DNA of 64,000 nucleotides from Stylophora pistillata (Eukaryota): NCBI RefSeq assembly GCF_002571385.2, contig NW_019217915.1, positions 228,840 to 292,839 of the forward strand, read 5' to 3'. Shown piece by piece: positions 34,601 to 45,887 of this stretch (position 1 is its first letter; each line of letters starts with the position of its first letter). The notes under the pieces were generated by a model. It saw only the letters and a program-made list of their open reading frames with translations, ran no database searches and was not told where the DNA came from. The position numbers and the translations under genes were made by a program.

Positions 34601-36746
34601 AAACAAGTGAAAATGTGTGAAATGCAGACTTTCGTGTTCTCGATTTGACGTCACATTACCCGCTAGANNNNNNNNNNNNNNNNNNNNNNNNNNNNNNNNN
34701 NNNNNNNNNNNNNNNNNNNNNNNNNNNNNNNNNNNNNNNNNNNNNNNNNNNNNNNNNNNNNNNNNNNNNNNNNNNNNNNNNNNNNNNNNNNNNNNNNNNN
34801 NNNNNNNNNNNNNNNNNNNNNNNNNNNNNNNNNNNNNNNNNNNNNNNNNNNNNNNNNNNNNNNNNNNNNNNNNNNNNNNNNNNNNNNNNNNNNNNNNNNN
34901 NNNNNNNNNNNNNNNNNNNNNNNNNNNNNNNNNNNNNNNNNNNNNNNNNNNNNNNNNNNNNNNNNNNNNNNNNNNNNNNNNNNNNNNNNNNNNNNNNNNN
35001 NNNNNNNNNNNNNNNNNNNNNNNNNNNNNNNNNNNNNNNNNNNNNNNNNNNNNNNNNNNNNNNNNNNNNNNNNNNNNNNNNNNNNNNNNNNNNNNNNNNN
35101 NNNNNNNNNNNNNNNNNNNNNNNNNNNNNNNNNNNNNNNNNNNNNNNNNNNNNNNNNNNNNNNNNNNNNNNNNNNNNNNNNNNNNNNNNNNNNNNNNTTT
35201 CGGACAATATCGACAACAACCTTCCCAAACAAGTGAAATGTGTGAAATGCAGACTTTCGTGTTCTCGATTTGACGTCACATTACCCGCTAGAACCATTCT
35301 TCTTTAAACTCGGTCGTGAGCCAAGATGGCGGCCGATTTTCCGTATTTTGACTGGGCACAGAAAATTGAAGATTTGAGCAAATAAAAAAAAAAAATTTGC
35401 ACAGAAATACTCCAAAAAATACGCTTATTTCGTTAAGCGAAAAAAAAAATTCTGGGTTTAGGTGTACTTTAAAATAGATTCTCGGAGGTTAGACTCGGCG
35501 AGGTATCACTCGAGAATTTTTAAACAGCCAAATATTCCAGCTAGTCTGCATATCTTAGTTACTGCTGATAAATAGCTTTGTTTTTTTTTTTTTGCAGTCT
35601 TGGATTATACTTCTTCTATGCCATAGCAAAGGTTTACCGAAGAATGATTAGTGGTCTTCGAGAAGAGCTTTCCATGGTAATATTTCCCATTTAGGCGTAT
35701 GTTTCTCTATCTTGCAAAAAAGAATTAAGATTCTTTAAGATTGTGAAGAGTACAAAACCTGAAATTCAGTCCCTTCTAGACACTGTATATGAGCATTTTC
35801 TGCAAATGAAAACTCTTCGAATTGCAGAAGGCGAAATTACACTCTAATTTGTGGAGAAGTTTCGATGAAATATTCACAAATGTCTCGCTTGGTTTTAATG
35901 GAATATTTTGCAGAAATGCAAGTTAAATTTTCGACAAACACCCGCTGTCGAATAGCATTTTATCACTTACTATCCAGAGATACGACCTTAATTATGACTC
36001 CAGGCTGGAAAAACAGTTCTCACTGGCACCAAAACCATGAGCAAGTTACGAGGTGATATCTATTTCAAAGAAACACTCGGTTCTATTTGTTACATAGGAA
36101 TATTCTTTTTATCACGAAATCCGCGTATCTCTACTAAAACGGGACCGAAGCTCTGCGTGACCTCGCGCTAGTTTGCTGACGAGAGTGACGGGAGATAAAA
36201 ATAATAACTGCTAATGTGGGATAAATTGGCCACAGTAGTGACGCTTTTATTTCACCCGACATCAAGAACATTGATATTATAAACATCACGGAGTCTCTTA
36301 AGCAAAGGTGGGGTTAAATATCGGCAAAGAGCCAAATACGTATAAAAAGGCAACGAAAGGCCTGAAGAGAAGGCCGGAGCTTGGGGAGGGGGCGGGAAAT
36401 TTCTTCTACAGTATCGAAAATCTGTGTTCGGATGTTAACACGGTGGAAATGAAGGCGAGAAGCACCAGGAGAGAAACTGACCTTGCCTATAGCCTCGGTG
36501 CAATTTCATCTGACCTCATTTGATTGGCTTAAGATCTGTAATTGACAGCGCTCCTTGCCCCATGCAAATACTTAACTATGTATATGACGGGCCTTGAGAT
36601 AAAATCACATTACGCTTATGTCATAATGTTGGCCTTTTTGATCAGTTGAACTTGCTAAAGATTCTTATTACTCCGTGCTAAAGGAATCCAGGGACAAGAA
36701 GTATCTTCTACAGTTGTTCACGAGCCAATCGGAAGAGAAGAGCTGA
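21739..36746 (+). CDS. Transmembrane channel-like protein (TMC7-like), 761 aa, 18 exons
   Basis: Exons 21739-21811, 22952-23204, 23431-23497, 24233-24314, 24660-25027, 28607-28758, 29032-29182, 29813-29974, 30443-30624, 31035-31113, 31553-31650, 31806-31919, 32043-32118, 33058-33188, 33878-33910, 34003-34125, 35598-35676, 36684-36746. All GT-AG and in phase. Motifs LWRGHFKEIEGSFGNGVLSYFTFLKWLLWLN, MFYGSY, YNMPLAY, VFGGWD, CWENAIAAEMYKL, EFFIPVNVLELVYSQ, ESRDKKYLL. Exons 1 and 3 are the least certain. Confidence 0.93.
25084..26071. mobile_element. Three-level nest: MITE > hAT-type MITE (25235-25977) > Penelope-like fragment (25252-25420)
   Basis: Outer TIRs GGCCCGTTTCTCGAAAG / CTTTACAGAAACAGGCC. 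Middle TIR TAGGCCTTTATAGATTATGCTAG / CTAGCATAATCTATAAAAGCCTA with 8-bp TSD ATTTCAAG/TTTTCAAG. Inner insert flanked by TAGATTA. Confidence 0.8.
26440..26642 (-). pseudogene. Isolated GON4L/YY1AP1-like exon, antisense inside TMC intron 5
   Basis: TTTTCCAG|...|GTAAGG-bounded, stop-free HLQLLTQINLMAREDESLHKEAELTREYVNEMKGF...SAFTFSGLEEAV, resembling the recalled GON4L block HVQLLTQIHLLA...EA..TR..LKEL..F. No neighbouring exons found. Confidence 0.65.
27010..28399. mobile_element. Fold-back DNA transposon derivative with THAP pseudo-ORFs in both ~510-bp arms and a SAP-like exon (ISL2EU/PHIS-like)
   Basis: Arms 27010-27520 / 27874-28399 with termini AGGACTTATGCGCGAT. Each encodes MPQWC.A*GC...W.AKIRR...RLCGDH.E...LKPGSIPTKF (C2CH THAP). 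Spacer encodes PSQLTIPALKRWLSCRKGAKLSGTKRSLVER then a GT donor (27567-27733). Confidence 0.85.
29468..29655. repeat. Degenerate 7-mer (TTCTCGW-like) minisatellite
   Basis: Recurrent TCTCGT/TCTCGA units. Confidence 0.75.
31175..31497. repeat. (TGTC)n-derived minisatellite with 33-bp higher-order unit
   Basis: TGTCCACCTGTCAGTTTTGTCGGTCTGTCTG occurs three times. Confidence 0.9.
32653..32785. repeat. Near-perfect ~65-bp-arm hairpin in a TMC intron
   Basis: CATGACAGGACGGAAAATG...AGAAAA C TTTTCT...CATTTTCCGTCCAGTCATG. Confidence 0.9.
34204..35468. mobile_element. Kolobok-type fold-back MITE with THAP N-terminus; contains a 530-N gap (34668-35197)
   Basis: TTAA flanks (34200-34203, 35469-35472), AG...CT termini, ~290-bp inverted arms. 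Minus strand from 34570 reads MPTKCVVGGCSNVRNLQEGIALHTF. Confidence 0.8.
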
Positions 36747-37546
36747 AGAACAGTGATGACGTCGCTTTGACATCGTTTTCAAGAAGATTGGACGCATAAA
36801 AAATCATGTGTAGATGACACTTGCAATATTTTTGTAATACCTGTTTTTTATTGTTTTTTTGTTCAACGCAAATTAAAAATAGCACCAATGAACTTTTTGG
36901 ATCCTTGTAAAGGTCAAGGTTTGGAATGAGGCACCTCGATTGCAGGTGTATCATGTAATCAGATGAATGTAATTTGAAATAAAATAGGTTATTGGTTATA
37001 GAAATTCTAACTGTCAATTTTTCTCAGTCGTAAGAGATTAACGAATGACTTCATATTATTCCCAAAATATGCGCAAACAAGAAAGATAATAATCCCTTCC
37101 CAGCCTCAGGTGATGGAATTTCTTTTTGTACCTGATCTGCCTTCATTTACTCGGTTTTTTATAGGTGGAGTTCAGGTCGATGATTCTTTTATACTTCGAT
37201 AAACATTTTCAAAAGTTGTCAGTGGTCACCTATTTCCTGTTTACTTTATTGTTCCATCTTCATCACTAGTATTTGTTGCGAGGCATATTTTTCCCTTTTG
37301 GAAGTTATATTGCTAGTTGTGAAACCGAAATTTCTTTTTTTATATTTTTAAATAATCTCCAAAAAAAATAAGGCTTACTACCTGAGGGTTTAAATTGTGT
37401 GTGGTTTTAAATCAATGAGTTTTTCATCCTGAACATGAATGAAATTAGCTGTACGTATTCATGAAAAGGTTTTCTGGTGTTGATTCCCTGAGATTGAGGG
37501 CAGCTGTAAAGGAAAGTTAGTTGAACATTCGCCCTTTTTATGAGTT

Positions 37547-37811
37547 CTGTCTGTCTGTCTGTCTGTCGGTCTGTCTGTCTGTTAGTCTGTGTCTGTCTGT
37601 CTGTCTGTCTGTCGGTCTGTCTCTGTTAGTCTGTGTCTGTCTATCTCTTTCTGTCTGTTTATGTCTGTCGGTTTGTCTGTGTCTGTCTGTCTGTCTTTCA
37701 GTCTATCTGTCATTGTCTGTCTGTCTGTCTGTCTGTCTTATTGTCTTTGTGTCTGTCTGTCTGTCTTATTGTCTTTGTGTCTGTCTGTCTGTCTTATTGT
37801 CTGTCTGTCTT
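37547..37811. repeat. (TGTC)n microsatellite
   Basis: Direct observation. Confidence 0.95.
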
Positions 37812-37943
37812 GGGTTAAAATGATTTTGACTTGCCATCTAGTTTATACCTCTTCTTCTTGACTCTGCTTCACACACTACACTTTACAACGATTTTCTTAG
37901 CTTTGTAAATACCAAAAGTATGTCCTCTTGTTACGGTTTCCTC

Positions 37944-40082
37944 TTAATCGATACCAACTCGGATCGTTCCGAACTTTGGACCTAAGATAGGATTAGCAAT
38001 CTTCGTACAGCAGACGAACTTAATACAAACTATCGGAGAGCACGGATCGTCGAAGTTCTCATAGCCGGCCCGAATTTCTTCCCGAAGCCAGTTCGTTAAT
38101 CGATTAAAGTCGTCGGGACTGAAAAACAGCTGTACAACCAACGTAATTGCTCCGGCGTTAATAGGCGTGTCATGCGCTTTTAATACCTCATGTAAAAGTT
38201 CGGATCTGTTCCCGAAGCCACCGAGGAGCACGATCGAGGCTGAGGCATCCGTACGGATGTAACCATTTCTGTCGAATCCACCTTTTTCCAGAATACCATC
38301 TTTGCCGAACAACTGAAACATGACATTCGCCATGTATCTGTTGATTGGAAAGTTTATGGTGGCTGTACTGAAAGTGGCAGCTATTGTAGGCTCTGGGATC
38401 TCGTCTCGTTTCAGCTCCGCCTCATCTATGGATTGTTTTTGGATATCTTCATGTGCTGTGGAGTTCTTTATGATTTTGACGACTGGTCTCCGGTAAAAGT
38501 TCAACAAAACTGGAAAAGAAAAAAAGCCTTCAAACTGCCACAGTTGTTTTTTTTTTTTGTTTTTTTTTTATTTATTTATGGATTCGTACAAGTACAAGTA
38601 CAACTGCATAACAATAGGACATAAGTCCCCTACTTGGTTAATACACCCACTCCCAGCCCCGTAAAAAAAAAAAAAAAAACATCCCGGAAAGAAATATCCC
38701 GAAAAAAGATCCCTTCCCTGATCTGACTAACTACAATTCAGATAATTTAAATCGCACAGAAACATTCTAAAATATACAAATATACAACTTAACTTAACAA
38801 GTACAGACAGAAGAAGTATTTACACGACGACACTTCGGACAAATTAATTTGAAAGAACGAAAATTGTCACCATCAAAAGCATTCTAAAGGATCTCCGCTA
38901 TTTTTGGGAATGGTTATTATTTATCGCGGGGGGTAGGGGTTCGGAGGATTTTGGTAGTATCAAAATGAAATTGACCTAATCTTCCCCTCCCCCATGGCTA
39001 TGTAGCATTCGTATGATTCTCCCTTATTGGCGGACAATTTTCTTTCCCCTCCCTCTTTATACTTTGTTGCTGACGACTGATCCCAATCCGTACCCCCTGA
39101 AAACCGTGTCCTCCCTTCAGGTGATAGATAATGGCTTGTCCCTAGATAAAAAAGTGAATTGGCCCTGAGCCGTGAGATTATAACGCTGAATGCAGGCTGA
39201 TAGATTTATTTGGACAATATGAAAGTTAGCCTTACTCCAGCCTTTACTTATTCCTTCTTGGAAATAACAGGAGTTCTGCTTAAAAACCAATTTTTTTTTA
39301 AAAATTAACAAAACTAGCTACAAAAATCAAGTGACATTTATTCTTGTATTCGAAAACGCAAAGAGTTGCCGACTTCAGTTTTGCAAAAGATTATACTCCG
39401 AAAAAAAAAAAAACCTAATAGAAAAGTGATTATTATGTAGTTCCTGTAATCTATACCATTTCTTTCCGTTTCTTACAAAATTGTGGTAAAGATATAACTT
39501 TATGTTTTCTGTTCACTCCCTTCCGATATCCTTTTCCTTATCTGATTTACGATTTCAAGCGTACGAGAAAGGGTACGACTCATTCGCTTTTGAAAGACAG
39601 GCTTTTATCATGATTTTGATACTGTGAAATCAATTTCCGTGGCTGTAATTCGAAGCTTGTAGCATTCAAGTCGATTGTACTCGACGACTACCGAAGCTTT
39701 AGGGGAAAAAAGCAGTTTGAATACTGTTTCAGCCGAAATCGTTGATTTGTGAATTATAGAGGTGTGCTAAAGGTGTTCATTGATTTATTCCGGGCAGTCT
39801 AACGCCTGTTTTCACCCACTGCCTCTGCAATTGCTACTACCCCAGATTGATCTGCAGTTGCATAATCGAGAAGACTGAAAGAAAAAATTCCATGCCCCAT
39901 GTATTTCCTAGTATAAGCAATGTCCTGCACACTTGTATATAATCATAAAAGAACAATTGATTATGAATTATCAACTTACATCTAAAAGTGCTCTTCGCTG
40001 TTTCGCTGGCGGAATATGCTTGTTGCGGATAAAATGCAGTTACAATTCCCAGTGTGATTAGGAAAAGGACTGATTTTTCCAT
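37944..40082 (-). CDS. Uncharacterised secreted protein, 222 aa, 2 exons
   Basis: Exon 1 39980-40082 (signal peptide MEKSVLFLITLGIVTA, phase-1 GTAAGT donor) joins exon 2 37944-38509 (TTTTCCAG acceptor, long open frame) in phase. Confidence 0.75.
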
Positions 40083-40979
40083 TGCTTTCGGTCAAAAGGT
40101 GAAGATACCTTTTCAAGCCGTATTCTTAGAGCCATACAAAAATATTCAAGTCGAGGGTAGTCTTTGGTTTCCTAGGATACTAACAGTTTCTTGCAAAAAT
40201 TCCTATCAGTTTAATTTTCTTCTTGTTGTGCACACAAGTGCCAGGTTTTCTGTTATTGGGTCCTATTTGCAAGATTGTTCAATAAAAGACTTTCCGAAAA
40301 CATTTGGAAAAGTGAGGAATAAGTTTTTAACAACTTTTGATCCATTAGTTTTTTTAAATGATTACTTTTTAAGTTTAAAATGATCTGTACAGCTAGAAGA
40401 GATGTTTTTCATCGTGTTAGATCAGTTGTGACGGTGAAATGCTCGCTGAATGTAAACAGATATGTCTTATTCTTTCTCTTCAGTCTTAACACCTAATTTG
40501 TTTCCAACAGATTTCATACCCTAATAAACAAATCGTCCTATTTTAGAAATTTGAGTCATGTGTACGTTGCAATTGCATAACACGTAATCTCGTAATTCAA
40601 ATAAATTTTATCATGCATGTTTGATGACCACTTCGTCTCGAGTCTCTGTTCTCAAGGTCAAAGAGAGTGTTTCTGTTGTAACTCTTCAAACTTTGGAGTG
40701 GTTTGACACTGTATTTTTTTTTATTTTACAAGCAATTTTATCTTCTAAAATGTTACAGTTTTGCTTAGCTTACAGCGAGTAAATCGTTTTAAATATATCT
40801 TCTTCTAGAGACATGGAATGTGTCAGATACGGAATACTTTTTAAGTTAGTCATTCTAGAGAACGAATTTGCAATCATGATTTCAAACTTGCGAACTCCGA
40901 CTTCCCTTCCCTTTCGGGCAGGAATTCGAAAAAGTCAAAGAAAATTTGTCATGATTGAAAGATATGAGAGAATTGATTT

Positions 40980-42104
40980 CTAATTTATTGAAACAGAGAC
41001 AGTGAAAGAGGTCAGTCTTATGTTACGAGCCTGCTCAATGACGCTTACGTGATGTCTTCCGGATATCGATGAGTCACTTGTTTTAGAAGACGCTCTTGAC
41101 CTCCGCTGTGCATTTCTTGTAATTTTCCTGAGCGACCGGAAGAGAATGCGGTACGTGTCCTTAAACTTCCGGTTCCCGAGAGAGTAGATGAAAGGGTTTA
41201 GGGCCGAGTTGAGGTATCCCAGCATCAGTAGCACAATGGATAGTTCCCTTGGGGATTTCAAAAAACACGTTTTACAAAGGCCAAAGACAGTGCTAGTTAC
41301 ACTGTAAGGAAGCCAGCAGATAAACAACGCACAAACGATCGAAGCAATTGTCTTAGTTCCTCTGAGATTTCGTTTAAAGCGTCTTTGATCGCGTGAGGTA
41401 GGGTGTCGGGTTATATGGCTTGGAAAAGAGTTTGTACCCCCACCCAACTCGTGGCATTGTTTTACGTTCTGTGCGATGTTATAAATCTTAAAATAAATAA
41501 CGCCGATGATCAGCAATGGTAGTATGAAGTGAAGGATGTTGGTCACAACTGAATAGGTAACGGTGATGTTAAAATTGCAGTAACCTCCAACTACGTAATG
41601 AGGCGTGCGTCGCCACCCCATGACAGGCAGTAAGCAGAATGCCAGGGAGTAGCACCACAGGAATCCCACCACAAAACGAGAGGATCGGATGGATAAGAAA
41701 ATCGATTTGCGAAACCTTCTCAGCGGATCACTCAGGGTCTTGTATCGATCAATTGTGAGGACCAGAAGTGTTAGTATCGACGTAGGAACGCTGAATAAAT
41801 ACGTGGTTGTCCACACAATACAGAGAATTTCGCCATGTTTCCAAGCGCTGTTCAGGAGTAGGCTTTCGGCGTCAAACGGCATCGCGAAGGCGGCGGTTAA
41901 CAGATCACAGAAGGCCAACGAAAAGATGAAAGACATGGCCGGTGAAGAACGAAGACTTTTATTCAGGCAAATTGCCAGACACACGAGGCTGTTGCCGAGA
42001 AGGGAAATGACGATAATCAGTGAATAACAAGCGACGGAGATACTCACGAATACAGGGTTCCATGGAGAACCAACGTTATCCTTGCCCAAAGAAGTGTTGT
42101 TCAT
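40980..42104 (-). CDS. Intronless rhodopsin-class (aminergic-like) GPCR, 374 aa
   Basis: GN in TM1, SLAFCD in TM2, DRY, W4.50, CWLP, NSALNPFIY, N-terminal sequon NNTS. Confidence 0.96.
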   Translation of the reverse strand: MNNTSLGKDNVGSPWNPVFVSISVACYSLIIVISLLGNSLVCLAICLNKSLRSSPAMSFIFSLAFCDLLTAAFAMPFDAESLLLNSAWKHGEILCIVWTTTYLFSVPTSILTLLVLTIDRYKTLSDPLRRFRKSIFLSIRSSRFVVGFLWCYSLAFCLLPVMGWRRTPHYVVGGYCNFNITVTYSVVTNILHFILPLLIIGVIYFKIYNIAQNVKQCHELGGGTNSFPSHITRHPTSRDQRRFKRNLRGTKTIASIVCALFICWLPYSVTSTVFGLCKTCFLKSPRELSIVLLMLGYLNSALNPFIYSLGNRKFKDTYRILFRSLRKITRNAQRRSRASSKTSDSSISGRHHVSVIEQARNIRLTSFTVSVSIN

Positions 42105-45100
42105 CCTGCCTTTTGTGCTTCAGTCAAAGTGAACTCTTCAAACTAAAGCAGTGATATGAAATGAATAAAAATTGAAGGCAAGTTTTATCGCCTCATAGAT
42201 TTTAAGGCTGTTAATGGAAACTAGAAAGACAAAACATGTACGCACTTTTCATGCAAACAAAGCGTGCGGGATGAAAACATGTTTGTTTTGACACTGGTTT
42301 TAAAACCGATGAAATGAACTCTTAACTTGAAAAGGCAAAAAAAGAGCATTTAGTGAAGAAAGCTTGTTAAAAAGTTTTTTTTTTCACATAATAGAGATAA
42401 ATGGAAATTATAACCTTAAGATAGTAACTGACTCAGAAAAGTGTTACATTCGCCAATTTGGATTGTAACTCTTTTTGGGAGAAAAGAAGGAAATGGCCTC
42501 TGTTGGCAACTATAAATGAAGCGAAAATTAATTCCAGGCAGGAAGTATCATTCACCCTAGAGTTACAGTCTTAAAAAGACCTTCATTCGCATGAAATAAA
42601 AGCAGTATTGAGGAAATTAGTTTAAATTACTTTTTCACTTTAAAGGTACACATACAGAAAAAGGCATTTACGGGAAATCAAGATTAAGAGTAGATTGATC
42701 AAAATTCCGATTACTCCGATTATTCGGTATAACAACATGACGACGTAAATTTTACCTCATATTAGTTCAGTGAAGCCAGGTCTTGTCATTATTAGATTTT
42801 TTTAAACACTTTTCCTTAAAAAAAAGCATCCATCAAACATTGCATCTTATATCCGGAAAAGTATTAGCTCTAATATTTCTTGGAATTGACCCAACCAAAA
42901 AACACACCAAAACATGACCAAACGTTGTTTCGTCAGGGGGGCGCTTTATCGGCAGGTAATGGATAGGTGAAGATTTTAAATGGTTAATTGTACTCAAAGC
43001 TCCAAATTGTTTGCAATTGACTCAAAATGCACGACTTATTATTTTATTACTTTGTCAGTTTATAAATGACTGACGGGAAGTGGTATGAATTCATAAAGTC
43101 GCGTACTTTCTGAAGCATTTTATGTGAGTACGTGTTGTCCATATCTTTATTTTTATATTGAAGTAATATTTGTTCTCAAGTAATGCCAACGAAGGTAAAT
43201 AACACAACTCTCACTAAACTAATTCCAAAAATCCTCTTTCCTTTCAAGGGCTTTTCAACTAATCGCTTTTGTTATGGTGGAACAAAATCGCCACTTTTTC
43301 GGAACTGTCTTTGCATTTTCTCTAAAATCTTAAAGGTTTTCAAGGTGCGAGTCATCAACCGGATTTATCCGTTTTTATCTTTACCCTAAAAGACATCAAT
43401 TCAACCTTATGAATTCAATTATATTTACCAATATTTAGGGGTCTTTGGGGGCAAAAAATATTTTCTAATATCACATGAAGTGAGCTGTAAGATTCGATCG
43501 GGACTGAAAAATGGCCATCCAAAATCAACGAGTTTGCAGTTTTCAAATGTATATTGGTCTGATTTGTTGGATATGATATGATAATAACTGATTGGTGACC
43601 TTGAATAACATTTACCTTTCTTTTATTTTTATTGTATCAAGTCGAATATTCATATTTTTTAAAGAAGGAATGGATGAAATTATTTCAAGGTTTAATTTCC
43701 CCTGAGATAAAACATATTTCTAATAAATTGGCCTTGTTTGGATTATTGCTAAAGGCATACGACTTCCACTGAAGACCAAATATCGTGGTCTCTTTATAAA
43801 TACTGGTCTATGCCTCAGACGTTTCTTACATTATTTTCTCTTGACTGAACAACGAAACACTAAACTTTTTCGAAACACTATTTACTTCTTATAGGCGAAG
43901 AGAGATTGCAAAAACCTACCTCTTTTTGCGGAGAGACCCGGACTCGATACCCAAAGTGTTTCAATTCAAATCATAGCAAATATGATCAGCTAAGAATTGC
44001 TTGTGGCATTTGATACATTAAATGGTAAAAAGATAGCCCTGTGTGGAAATCCACCGGGAATCACATTCATTGACATATTTCGAGTTCTTCGAGGGGCCCT
44101 ATCAAATGTTTCCGACAGCCACCATTTTGCGGAAATCTTCAAATAGTTTACTTCTTGTGATTTTTCTTTCTCAATTTTGGAGATAAGAGGAGGAAACATG
44201 ACCGCGTTTTAGTAAACTTTAATACTTTTTCTTTTTATTTCTTGATTTATTTAACAACGACTGCTGTTGTTACACTTTCAAATTGATATTGCAAAATTCT
44301 TTTTGGCAGATGATAATTCCCACGTATGAAATTTGTTCGAACAAACAAAGAAACAAACAGATAAAGACCCAGCTTCACGACAGTAGACCAGAGAGCCTTC
44401 TGGTAAGAAATCACAACGATATTTAAGCGAGCAACCCTCTTTATAGGAGCCATTGCAAAATAATCATTTCAACTGTAATTAATGGTTACTTTCGACTCAA
44501 ACATGGATAGCTTTCTCAGCCGAACTTAAACGTACGTGACCCTATGGCAGAAAATAACAATTAAAATGTCCACGCATCCTTTACATCTCTTTGATTACAT
44601 CAAATAGAGCAGTTGCACCCTTAAAAAAGTAAAAACTATCACCTTTCGGCCTTAAGTTAATAACTTAATATTGACAATTGGTGGTTTCATGAATGACCTC
44701 ATAGAATCAAATGAAAAAAGGAATATGGCCTAAAATTAAGAAATCTTTCGAATAAAAACTTTACCCTCTTTAAAAATTAAATGTATGAAGAACTGCTCAT
44801 GAACACCGAGGGTAATAGGTCCTTATCAAGCTTGTAACCAGGTAAAGAGTAAGGTTAAGACCAAAGGTAAAAACTTTCTCTCTCAATTTATTTTAACTGA
44901 TATTAAAATAGACCGGTAGCTCTGGTGTCGAGGAAAAAGGAACCTTAGAAAATTACGTATTATGTCGATGTAGATATAAATCATTTTATTCTGCTCCTTG
45001 GCTTGCAGAGTGATGTGATCGATGAAGTTTAAGTTCATTTTAACCATTGTCCTTGTATGGAGTTAAGTGACGGTTTTTATCAGTTTGGGCGAATAGAGAT

Positions 45101-45887
45101 CACAGAGACAACCAAGAGTCTAAACCTTTAGATTTTTTTTATAAAAATACTGACTAGTTTAGGATCTGTGATATGCACATAATATAAAATGCTATAGGAA
45201 TGAATATTATAAAAATATTTACAAGTTGCTTGCCATAGTGGGAATAAAGGCATCTTGCAAAACGGTTCGTGCGAGTGAATTACATCGGAACGCAACTGTG
45301 AAACTTTGTTTAACAATTTCAGGTTTCGTGCAGTAGTAGTAATTATCAGAAAAATGATTCAAGGCTTCCCTTTCCCATAAAATATTCAAGGCAGACGTCA
45401 ACAGCCCATTTCTTAGTTGTTTGGAGGATGATGTTTATTAGCACAAGTCAGCAAACCAATCAGAGTCTTCGGATCCCCAAGATTGCTGAAGATGTATAAA
45501 CGTGTACCATTTTGAACAATAGGAGATAATTATTTGGCCCTTTTTGTGGAGTTCGATTCATTTATTCATTCAAATTTTAATTTAGAGAGACGTTATAATA
45601 AAACATGGGAAGGTCTATCTTCCTCGAAATAAGCGTTCTGTTTCCGCAATGGTTTTGTCCCATTCATTTGAAACTCACGTCGTAATTCATATACGGGATT
45701 TCCTTATTGTGTTCATTCCCCTCTCAGCGTTTATTCAATCACACCTGAAAACCTGTATTTGCTCAGTTAATAGACCAGTCATCTCTATTTAAATGCTCTA
45801 AAGATCGTCTAAATAAAAAGGTTTTTTCATCCTTTTTTTTCGTCGTAAGCTAAAAAACTACGACCGTCTCAAAGGTCCGTGACGAAA

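Noticed and set aside
34617-35307. ORFs of about 190-220 aa
   Set aside because: They span the N gap.
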